Position numbers and translations under genes: made by a program. 64,000 nucleotides of DNA, from NCBI GenBank assembly GCA_002269645.1, contig NIVC01002246.1, positions 124,001-188,000 of the forward strand, read 5' to 3'. Source of the DNA: Macrostomum lignano. Taxonomy: Eukaryota. Below, one piece after another: positions 9,133 to 18,585 of the stretch. The stretch's first letter is position 1, and each line of letters begins with the position of its first letter. Below the pieces are notes generated by a model that saw only the letters and a list, made by a program, of their open reading frames with translations, did no database searches and was not told the origin of the DNA.

Positions 9133-11641
9133 ATGGTAAACACTAGCCGGTAAGAAGTGGTAAAGTGCTCACCGGTAGTGATAGCTGGTAAATGGCAAAT
9201 TGTGACAATAATAAAATCGAGTTGCGCCGTTTAGATTTCAAAATTGGGAATTTAGGTTTCTTATTAGATTACTGTAAGTAGTCAGTTGCGATAGCTTTTC
9301 AAGTCTGAGTTATGAGAGTCCAAAAATGCACAAAAAATTTATGCTACTGGAACCAAAAAAATTACTAGTATGAATTGCTTATCATTAAATGCATGCCTAT
9401 TCAAAAAAAAAATCTACCAAAAAAATTATAAAATTCAAAAAGCCAGAGTATATAAAAAAAAATCAACCCCGCACATATAACTCTCTCAGCTTGATCAGTT
9501 ATCTAGGCTCTCTGCTTAGTTCTCCAGTTTTGATTTCAGCCAGCTAATTATGCGGAAAATAGAGACTTAGGATAGTTCTTGTACTTTTGCTAAACAGAAA
9601 AGTTTCGAACTGATCACTCGAAATTAAGCTATTAATTTTTGTCGTGTAGACAAGAGGCCATTATCCGAATGATAATGCTTCCTCGGCCAAAACGTTCATT
9701 ATAGAATGCTGACAGCGCTCGTAGTTTTTGTCTTGTTTGCAAAATTTAGAATCAGGCAGCTTTTTGGATGTGCGAAGCCTTGGTTTCATACGCAGGGCCT
9801 CACGGGTTTTGGGTTCAAAGGTTATACTCTGGAGCAGATTAGTACGGGACAGTCGGATTAGCGTACTGTGTGATTATAGTATCATTTCGATTTAAATCGG
9901 GGTGTTCTATCTGAGTGCTTCTCCGAATTGTTGTCCGCTATTCGGGCTTTGGTGGTATAAATCGCCTTAAGTGGCAACGGAGAGCTCAAATTCCCACCGC
10001 AATTCTCGGTATTCCGGCTAACAATGGCAAGTGCTGTGCCGTTGGGCCTCTGGATGCGCTGGGTCAGACATCCATGTCCTGAAAAATATGTCTGGGGTTG
10101 ATGGCTACCGGAACGCGAGAACAGCCACGCTACTTTGGGTTTGGGTACAGAATTGTGAGGTCTGAAGTTACTTTAAGTTCGTACATTTACCATCTGCTTA
10201 GCCTAGGAGTCTGGGAAGTGTGTAGGTATTACTTTCAGTAGTACAGTTTGCCAGTGCACAAGTAATTTTTCCTGGTTGCGGAATTTAGGGTTTGGAAGTT
10301 TGCTTTTGCTCTTTTGGTTCTTTCTTAGAATCGGAGGGGTATCTAATGTAAATACAGTAAGGAAAGCGGAGAGAATTACCCACACGGTGCCATGGTAGTA
10401 TGTGCGAATTCCAGCTACCGCTCTGGTTAACGATTCTGCAGAGAGCAGAAAACGCCGTGGCTATTCATTTTTATGATAGCAAGAGGAGGGGAGCGCAGCT
10501 TTGTCTGGACAGACTCTACTGACTCAAGACACAGATGTCTTCTGTGGTTCGCCGCTATAAAAATACCCGACCCGATAACGTAGGGTCATAATATTTGACA
10601 AACTTTCCTGCTGCCCATAGCTTTTTCTATGATCAAAAGTCTTAGGGACCGTGCCATAAGGTTTTGTTGCGGAGTGAACACTACACTACGGACCTGCTTA
10701 ACTCCTTGTGTATTATCTGTCTGTTCGCGAGTATCGTATATTAGGTGTAATCCGCCCTCACCGGTCAATGCTGACGAAAGCTACACAGAGGGGCCACTGG
10801 GCGCGCTGGGTCAGACGTCCAAGTTCCGCTAAAAGATCAGCCTTGATGGGGATTGTGAATCTGTCTAGCCGTAGCAGCACCCGGACGGTTTCCTAGTGGC
10901 GATACCACGCAGGAGAGCTCTGATACACATGAGGTGCCCACATATTGGCGCCTGCAATTTAGACTAATGAGAGCTGATGAGACCCTCCATGATTAACTAG
11001 CCCATCAAAATTATTCGGAAGCAAAAAGAGCCGCTCAGAGAGAAAGAGAGACTGAGACTGTAGTAGCCTGCGGAAAGCTGTGGCCTTAGCCCAGTTGAGA
11101 ACCAGTGAGTTTAAAAGCAGCAATTCGAGAAAATCCGAGATCGGATTCAAGGCAGAGACAGAAGGATTTTTAGGTGTGAAAAAATTTGAGTCAAGTGTGA
11201 CTGCGGTGTGAGTGGAATAAGTGAAGTTTCCGCTTCGTTGGTTTTTGCATATTTTTCCATTTTTGTGCTGTGTTTGCGATCATTATCGCAAGCCCCGCGC
11301 TCGTATTGTACGCTTTTTGTATATAGATCGCGTATCTTTTGCTTATTTGCGTGTTTTATGCTTTTTGCTTATTTTTGCTTGTAATTTATTGTTTTAGCTT
11401 TGAGCTCCCCAACTCGCGGTGCTCAACCCCCCATTGCTTACTTGTGTCAAAACCCTACCCCAGTTAGGCTTTTTGCACAATCTCCCCCCTTCCCCCCCCA
11501 TTCGATTCGATTCATTGCCATTGTCTTGCTTTGAAGCAGACACCCAATTTCGGCTAGTAGCCAATTGCATTCATTTTTTCCGCCCCGGTTCAGATTTTCA
11601 TCCTTTAGTTCTGTCCCGGCAACTGGTGTTGTGCCCGAACT

Positions 11642-13000
11642 ATGGAAACATGTAATTCCAGTACCAGTAAGTCAGGAGGTAGAGGCAGAAGAGGTAGAGG
11701 GAATAGGAACGGATCAGCAGCCGCCGCTGCAGCCGCCTGCGATTTTTCGTCCCAGGGCTCAGGCTCCCCCGAGAGATCAGAGTGCGGATCATCACCGCAG
11801 AGAGCCCCACCTCAACCCCAAGCCGCCGACATGGCAGCCCAATTAGCGCAAGCCCTTGCAGCTATTGGATTGGGCAGAGAGACACAGAGTGTCAAGATTA
11901 GCGTTGAGAAATTCAACCCAGCAGAATCCTGCTTCCCACAGTGGGTTGACAGAGTCAAATACAAACTCAGATCTGAAGAGATTAGGGACAGAGAGCAGAA
12001 GAAGAGCACAGTAATCTCGCTCCTCCCCCCAGATCTGCAGAGTCTTGCTATTGCCCTCCATCCCGGCCTTGACTTCGAAGAATTCATAGAAAGGTTAGGT
12101 CGCCAGGTAGGAGAGGCCAGTTCAGAATTAGCGAAGAGGAACAAAGTCCGGAATTTGAAACAGAAAGCAGGCCAGAATCACCACGCCTACTCGGCCATGG
12201 TGTGTAGTGTGATAGCTTCTGCTTACCCCGACATGAGTCCTAGACAGTTAGAGTCGGAGGTGATCTTCGCCTACTTGGAAACGGCTGATATTGCCCCAGA
12301 TGTGCGCAAGTCGCTGCTAGGGCAACAGTTTCGCAGCATTGATGAAGTGCTGGCAGCACAGCAGAATCTCCAAGAGGCAGATGAGATTTCCCGGCGCTTA
12401 GCGCGAGACCAGCCCAGGTATGATCAGCGTAGGGACGATAGAAACAGAGATCAGAATCGCCCCAGCGACAGAGAATATCAACGCAGGTGGGTCCGCATGC
12501 TAGAGTCGGAGGAAGGAAGGGAAGTAGAAGAGGCATTGACAGATTTACAGCAGCGCCAAAACAGCCTTGATGAAACCGTCGGCAAGATTTACGGCGCTAT
12601 GAGCCAGGTTGCGGAGAGGATTGATCAGGCCATGATGAGCCACTCAGATCATTGGGAGGGAGACCTCACCGTGGTAGAAGATACTGAGCGAGCTAGCCAA
12701 CCGCCTGAGGGCAAGTCCCCGCCCCCCTCATCTCAAAATCTGTCAGAGAAGCCCGCGCTACAGAGGCAGAATGCGATTTATGGTGACCCGGCCAAGCAGA
12801 TTGAAAAAACTGAGATTTACCGGCCCCCGCAGTTGCGCAACAGTGCACGCGCGCGCCCGCCTCCCCTGCGTGTTCCTACCCAGGGAGAGAGCAGAGTAGG
12901 AGAAGAAAGCTGGAGCCCCCCGCCAACCCCGGCGCCTGGAGCGCAGAGACAGCGGCCCTCTTTCTATCTTCCGTCTGGGCCAGCCGGTTCGGAAAACTGA
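11642..13000 (+). CDS. gag: Retrotransposon Gag-like capsid protein (452 aa), no CCHC zinc knuckle
   Basis: Intact ORF with good start context (AACTATGG); capsid-like core (KFNPAESCFPQWVDRV...RNLKQKAGQNHHAY); lies between PBS and protease. Confidence 0.8.
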   Translation: METCNSSTSKSGGRGRRGRGNRNGSAAAAAAACDFSSQGSGSPERSECGSSPQRAPPQPQAADMAAQLAQALAAIGLGRETQSVKISVEKFNPAESCFPQWVDRVKYKLRSEEIRDREQKKSTVISLLPPDLQSLAIALHPGLDFEEFIERLGRQVGEASSELAKRNKVRNLKQKAGQNHHAYSAMVCSVIASAYPDMSPRQLESEVIFAYLETADIAPDVRKSLLGQQFRSIDEVLAAQQNLQEADEISRRLARDQPRYDQRRDDRNRDQNRPSDREYQRRWVRMLESEEGREVEEALTDLQQRQNSLDETVGKIYGAMSQVAERIDQAMMSHSDHWEGDLTVVEDTERASQPPEGKSPPPSSQNLSEKPALQRQNAIYGDPAKQIEKTEIYRPPQLRNSARARPPPLRVPTQGESRVGEESWSPPPTPAPGAQRQRPSFYLPSGPAGSEN

Positions 13001-13008
13001 GAGTAGGG

Positions 13009-13503
13009 ATGGGTGGCGCCCACACTCACCCCTCTTCTGGACTTTTAAGGGCAAATTTAGTAAACTGTGGCAAAAGGAAAATGAATCTTGTACCCGATTT
13101 CATTGTCCCTAGGAAGTCTGTAACATTTAGAAGCTCTCGAGCTGATGTTTATGTAAAAGTTCAAGTAGAGAGATTGCCAGTCCGAATCTTAATCGATTCT
13201 GGGTCGGCAGTTTCCATCTTACCCTTCAAAGACTTCGTGGCGGCCACTAACGATGATATGGACAGGTTGGAGGCCCCTACAGTTTCTATCTATTCCTATA
13301 GCGGGCATAGACTGGAGATTGTGGGTCAATCTAAGCTGACAGTCATCTTAGGCAGTGAGACCATGCCTGTCATGTTCCTGATTGCCAGTGACCCCGGCAC
13401 GAGGCCTCTGTTGGGCAACTCTTTCCTCGCAGCAGCACCTGCTGTGTTGGATTACCACACTAGAAATCTATTAGTATTGGGGCAAATGCTCCCATTTTGT
13501 TGA
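13009..13503 (+). CDS. Retropepsin-like aspartic protease; frame open from 12787, -1 relative to gag
   Basis: Catalytic motif ILIDSGSAVSIL, flap-like YSYSG, C-terminal PLLGNSFL; clean stop after QMLPFC. Confidence 0.88.
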   Translation: MGGAHTHPSSGLLRANLVNCGKRKMNLVPDFIVPRKSVTFRSSRADVYVKVQVERLPVRILIDSGSAVSILPFKDFVAATNDDMDRLEAPTVSIYSYSGHRLEIVGQSKLTVILGSETMPVMFLIASDPGTRPLLGNSFLAAAPAVLDYHTRNLLVLGQMLPFC

Positions 13504-15514
13504 CTTCCTTGAGAACTCTGAAGGTCGGGGGCCCGATTCGCTTTTCCCCTTGCTTATCCTCTGCTAGATCCGGTTTATTTCGTAAAAGTATTATAACAGG
13601 TTGGACGTATAGAGGGAATAGATGAAATCAGTTAATTAGGGAGAATTCTACGTAATCTTTCGATTAAGTCGTTCGGCTCAAGTGATTAGTTAGCGAACAG
13701 TACCTATATTTATATGTTCAACTTTTAACCAAGTTTTTGTCATGCCGGAGCAAAATTCGAACTCCCTATTTTTCTTTTTTTTGTGCTGCCATGCCCCTTG
13801 TAAATATATCCTCTTATTGCGTGAACTATTGCTTTCTCATACTGTCTTTTGTACCCCCCGATTCCCCTGTGAATATCCCCCGGTGCTTTAAAAATGCGTT
13901 TTTTTTCTACCAGTATATTTATACTCAATGTTGTGCCATTATTTATCTCCGCGTATTTCTCTCTCTGTTGTGTCATTGCTTATTTTGTCGTGCCTAATTT
14001 CTTCTTTGCTCATTTTTTCTTTGTAAAAAGTTCGTCAAATGGTGGCGGAAACAATATGTTGTGTGCGTGAATGTGACTGCTTGCTTATTGTGCTTAATTT
14101 GTCGTGAGTGCTTTCGAAATTAAATGTGAAACTGAACCTTGGTTTGAGTTAAGTTTGAAACTGAAATTTAGGACTTCTCGTGTTACTAAACTCACTGAGC
14201 CAAGGCGAAGAAAGGGATCAATGATGAGCGAATTAGGTAATTAATATAGAAGAATACTAGGCATAATTAAACTAATAAAAGTCTTAAATAAGGTACGAAT
14301 GGTCCACCTGAATTAATACGAAATTCTAATTGTACTCGAAAACTTAACTCGCGGCCGTGCGATACTACTGACATGTAGTAATACTGAGTGTAAAGCAAAA
14401 TAGGATTGTGTGAATTAAATTTGAAAGTGAATGCGATTGAAGCGGAGTCTTGAGGACAAAAATCTTTGAAAGGACTTTTAAAATTTAACAATAGTGCTCA
14501 AAATTGTTCTGCCTCTTATCTGAAACTCTATTAATAATACATCTTAAAGTACCTATCTGCACAGCACTGAATGGGCAAGTGAGTAGGAGGGAGTGTACCC
14601 TGAAGGCTGCTGAGACTGTGGGATGGGTCTGGGATTATCCGATTGAGTAGAGTGTATGGTAGAGTATCACAGAGCTGAGATGAGACTTACCAGTTGAAGA
14701 TCGGAGGTCTGCAGTGGCTGGCCTGGCTCGGTGCAAAACCGGCAAAGGTGGCAGTGGCGAAGCGCTGGCTGGCAAATCGGAGGCTGACGCAGGATTTGAA
14801 GATGAAAATCATAATTTGTGGATGACCTGAGTGGTCAGTCGCTTTTATCTCCCTGTGAACTCGAGGTGGTTGAGATCATCCTCCCCCAGCAGCGTCTCAG
14901 CCAGTCAGCAAAGATGACTCGAGGGTCCCTTAATCCTCTGAGGGTCGCCATTCGTCGGCTGCCGCCAGATGAGCACGGCAACCCCAGGCACGTGGACTCC
15001 ACAGGCGGGAGGGGAGAATGTGCAACGCATTTCCCAAGCTCCTCGCCCATCCTGGCTCGGGTCGGCCGCGCGGCGAAGGAATTAAGCCATCAAGAGGCTT
15101 AACAGGTAGAATCGAGACTGACTCGAACGCGAACAATGAAGCTTAGTCTCATTGAACATGCGCTGTTTATTCCATCTCGCACATTTTGAATTATACCTTC
15201 TCGCGCGGCAATAATTTATCTGTCTATTATCCCCTTACGTGTATCTCGCACTTGATACTGTATTTGCAATGCAATATTTAGTTGAAGCACCTTTCTCTTG
15301 ATCCCTCTCTTTCTTCAATCCTTCCCTTTCCCCAATTTCTTTCTCTTTTGGGATTTCCATTCTTGGGATGCGTATTAGTCTAATATTTTTAGTACCTATT
15401 TGTGAGTAACTATTTTTATTTTTTACTACTCTGTTCGATGCGCTAGCTGCGATTTTGTACAAAACTGCGCTCATTTTTCTTCTTTGTTTTTGAGTTAATC
15501 TGCGATCAACTCAC

Positions 15515-15526
15515 AAATAGGGGGGG
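15515..15526 (+). other. Polypurine tract (AAATAGGGGGGG) upstream of the 3' LTR
   Basis: Purine run ending 4 nt before TGATG at 15531. Confidence 0.7.
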
Positions 15527-15530
15527 CATA

Positions 15531-17527
15531 TGATGAGGACGCACTTTTTCCCAAATCCCGCGCTAGCACATGGGCTCTAAACTTACTTGCCTACTAACAG
15601 TGGGCAGTGGGCATTTTTATCCTTTTTCTGCGAATTTTCATAGAATCTATACTAGATATAATGTCTGGTCATACTAGTAGTCATAATAACATAGGCGCAG
15701 CTTTTTGGGTCATAAATCATCGCTTTCGAAGCTGATCTGACAGCCACCTGCGCCTCACTCAGTGTTGAAGCGGGCGCCAGATGGTCTGAGAGGATGCGGG
15801 CGGTAGCTTTTTTCTCATCATTTTGACAGGCCATCAAGATTTATGAGGTCAGAGCCTATTGTTCGGATTCACTCAAGCGTGTGACAGCTTTGACAGCTAT
15901 GCGTTTTACCCCTAAAAGTACCTTGGGATTAGCGATTAGCGATTTCTCTTCATTATCTTCACTTTCTATTTAATAAGAGCTTTCTAATGTATATTTTTTC
16001 ATTAATTTCTGTCAATCCTACGCGAAAAGTCATAAATCATTTTGTTGCGATTTTGAGTGATTTATGGCCGCACCTGTCATCTTTTTACGACCCTGTGGGA
16101 ACTGATAGGATCTCTCGGTCACGTGATTCTGGGTAGCAACGAGCTTAGCCAATCAGAAAATTCGGCGCTCATTTTAACAAAACGGCTCAGCCAATCAGAA
16201 TCGACGTGTTCCGTTATAACAAACTGCGGTCCAGTTGGCGGCTATTTAAACCGGAGTTTTTGGCCCGCTCGGACGCAACTTCTTCTTACTTTGGCTCGGG
16301 CCCAGCGCGCAACTTCTGGTTCCCGGAGCACGACCGTCGTTTCTTGATCCCCGGATTGCAACTTCCCCCATCATCATCAAGGACGAGTCCCCCGGTCGAC
16401 AGCAGCGAACATCCAGTTAAGAGCATCACCTGCTAGCTAACAGCGAAGATTGTGACAGCATCATCCCGAGTCTACAGCTGCAGAGCATCGAGCCGATTCG
16501 GTCACTGTGGAATACCTGGTCTCCGGCTGTTGAGTTTCTGATTGGTTGGGTGAGAGGCTACCTAGACTTGCTTGATTGGGTGATCCCTTTTCTGTCCCCT
16601 GTTGCAGTAGCTGAATTAGGCGCACACTTTTGCTCATTTTGTTCAGTAGTGCTGTTGCTGAGGCAGGAATCATTCAATAATACTGCCAGTAGTCTAAGAC
16701 TCCAATTCAATCTAAAGTGTGAAGTGAATTAAGGAGAAGGTTAAATCTAACAGTTATCTTTGTCGGCTTTATTTCTTTGTTCGCCGATGGCTCAGATGAG
16801 TAGCTAAGCTAGTAGGCGCCGGTCACAGTGGACCAATGGCAAGGCAGTTCTCAGTCGACCAATCTAACAAATCAGTGAGCAAAACTGCCAAAAGTGCAGA
16901 ATCGGCGCCAGAGATGTACTTTGTGCACTCAAGGGTAGCCAAGCGGCTCGGGTAAATGAATCATGCGGTCTCTGAAGTTCGAGTTAGCCTATCATCAGCG
17001 CTATGAGAGGCTAGTTGGCGCGTTGAAGGCTAAAAGTACATATCTTCGTATTTAGCAATGTAATAGTACATGTAGCTACCCCATAGACTCGCCACCGCAA
17101 GAATCCCCTGCACAAGTCCCCTCTGTACCTGCATGGCCAACGCGATCTAGTCCCAGCAGTGTCCCTTATCATCGGCTATGACTTCGAGATTGACAGCAAA
17201 AAGACACTAGTTGGCAGGTAAGTGCAAAGCCCCTTCTAGTCGGAAGCCCGATTTCGAGAGTCCCGGTGTGGTGAGCCAGGGCGCACGGGCTGGTGGCAGC
17301 AAGTTAGTTGATCTGCGGATTAGCTAATTTCTACTTTCAAAATTCTCCCTGCTCGTCTCTCGCTGTCCCTCTCTTAGCTATAGGACCTAGACTGCTCGCC
17401 ACACGATCAAGCTACCATGGGGCTGACCATCTGACAGGAGTGGGGGGCCAGGTCTCTAATTGATTTATTTCTGAGCCTGAGGCTCGAAGGCTTCCCTAAC
17501 AAGGAGCCCGAAGGTCGAAACCCATCA
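15531..17527 (+). repeat. 3' LTR (1997 bp)
   Basis: The only differences I found from the 5' LTR are AAA vs TCT (8332-8334 vs 16746-16748) and one extra A near 16931. Confidence 0.97.
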
Positions 17528-17595
17528 CAATCAATCAACGATAAAAACAACTAAATCAAAATTGCGCGTTTGGTTTAAATTTCATGAAAATCTAG

Positions 17596-17804
17596 ACAGC
17601 GGAAGAACGCTACCAGCTGCTCTTGCACCGAGTGCACTTCGGACAGAACGAATACTTGTCTCTTTTCCTTCAAGAGTTGTGTCCGGAAGTCCAAGAGTGT
17701 GATATGGCTAATTTATTGCTAAAATCAGTTAGTTCTACCTACGAAATTCCTGCTTCAGCAGTCCATGTTAAACCTACTATACATGAGCGATACATGTACG
17801 TACA
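17596..17804 (+). CDS. Putative exon of unknown product (TAEERYQLLLHRVHFG...HERYMYV), possibly the N-terminal part of the Mab-21-like gene
   Basis: Stop-free frame between acceptor-like TCTAG (17595) and donor GTGAGT (17805), followed by a short 21-nt repeat. Confidence 0.3.
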
Positions 17805-17941
17805 GTGAGTGCCTGTGGCGCTAAAATAAGTGCCTGCGGCGCTAAAATGAGTGCCTGCGGCACTAGAATGAGTGCCTGCGGTGCCAAACGAGGTGCTGAC
17901 AACACCAATTCTGAAAATAATGTACATGTTCATGTAGAATT

Positions 17942-18585
17942 TGTGGCTATGTCCCAGCTGGACCCCTCACGATAAAATTCGTGGCGACGCCTCTGGTCAC
18001 ATTTATTCCATACAGTGAATCTTGTTCCCAGAGTGAATATCGTGGCGCCTCGACTATGGAAATGTAGCTGTTGAAAAATCTATAGGCTATGTCGGTATCG
18101 GGGACTCTAGTTTCAGTATGCTCAACTTCAGTATGTTGCAGGGACATCCTGAGAGATTCGATTTCCAACCAAAACATTTTTCATATTCGAGAGAGTAGCG
18201 GACGGTTGGAAACATCCCGCAGTCCCAGAGTCGCCTCCGGGTCAGGACGGAAAGTTCCTGCGGGTGAGCACAGCCCTGCTGGAGAAAGCCATCATGCGCA
18301 GCCTCACCAACCGTGCAGGGCCAGTTCTTCCATCCTTCTCAAGTTCCCAAGAACCTCTGTTTTACACGCTCGACGAGACGTCAGAAGACTGGAAGCTGCA
18401 GAACTTGCTGGAACTCGTGCGGCAGTCGCTGCAGCTGCTGGTTGAGATGATGGAGGAGCTCAGACTCCGAGAACCGCGAGTGCATGAAACCATTCTTCCT
18501 GCGCAATGTCAACTTTTACTTGAGAAACATGCACATGCGCATTGTAGAATTTTTTCCAGCATCTCTTAAGGTAGGGGGATTGTAG
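17942..18585 (+). pseudogene. Frameshifted Mab-21/cGAS-like receptor (cGLR) nucleotidyltransferase remnant
   Basis: Ordered blocks FLRVSTALLEKAIMRSL, LFYTLDETSEDWKLQNLLELVRQSLQLL and (next frame) CMKPFFLRNVNF resemble the Mab-21 motifs WRLSFS.aEk.L, LF+l.E...dW..enL and PHYF+P..NL. Several frame changes and a short spacer are needed to join them. Confidence 0.45.

Larger units (their letters stand above)
7117..17527 (+). mobile_element. Non-autonomous Ty3/gypsy-type LTR retrotransposon (gag + protease only), 10.4 kb
   Basis: Two ~2-kb direct LTRs with TGATG...CATCA termini; CAAT duplicated at 7113-7116 and 17528-17531; PBS; PPT; gag-like ORF; DSG protease ORF; no RT/RH/IN ORF found. Confidence 0.93.

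Noticed and set aside
10770-10990. Hammerhead-like cores CTGACGA (10771) and CTGATGA (10975), and the LTR ends TGATGAGGAC / GGTCGAAAC
   Set aside because: No stem II closed by GAAA at the right distance; the LTR-end resemblance lacks the initial C and a proper stem.
13504-15530. Possible env or antisense ORF in the 3' internal region (ORFs 13740-13976, 14818-15102, 14930-15136, 15235-15474)
   Set aside because: All under 100 aa with no signal peptide, furin site or TM pattern; all three minus-strand frames are closed within 14809-14876.
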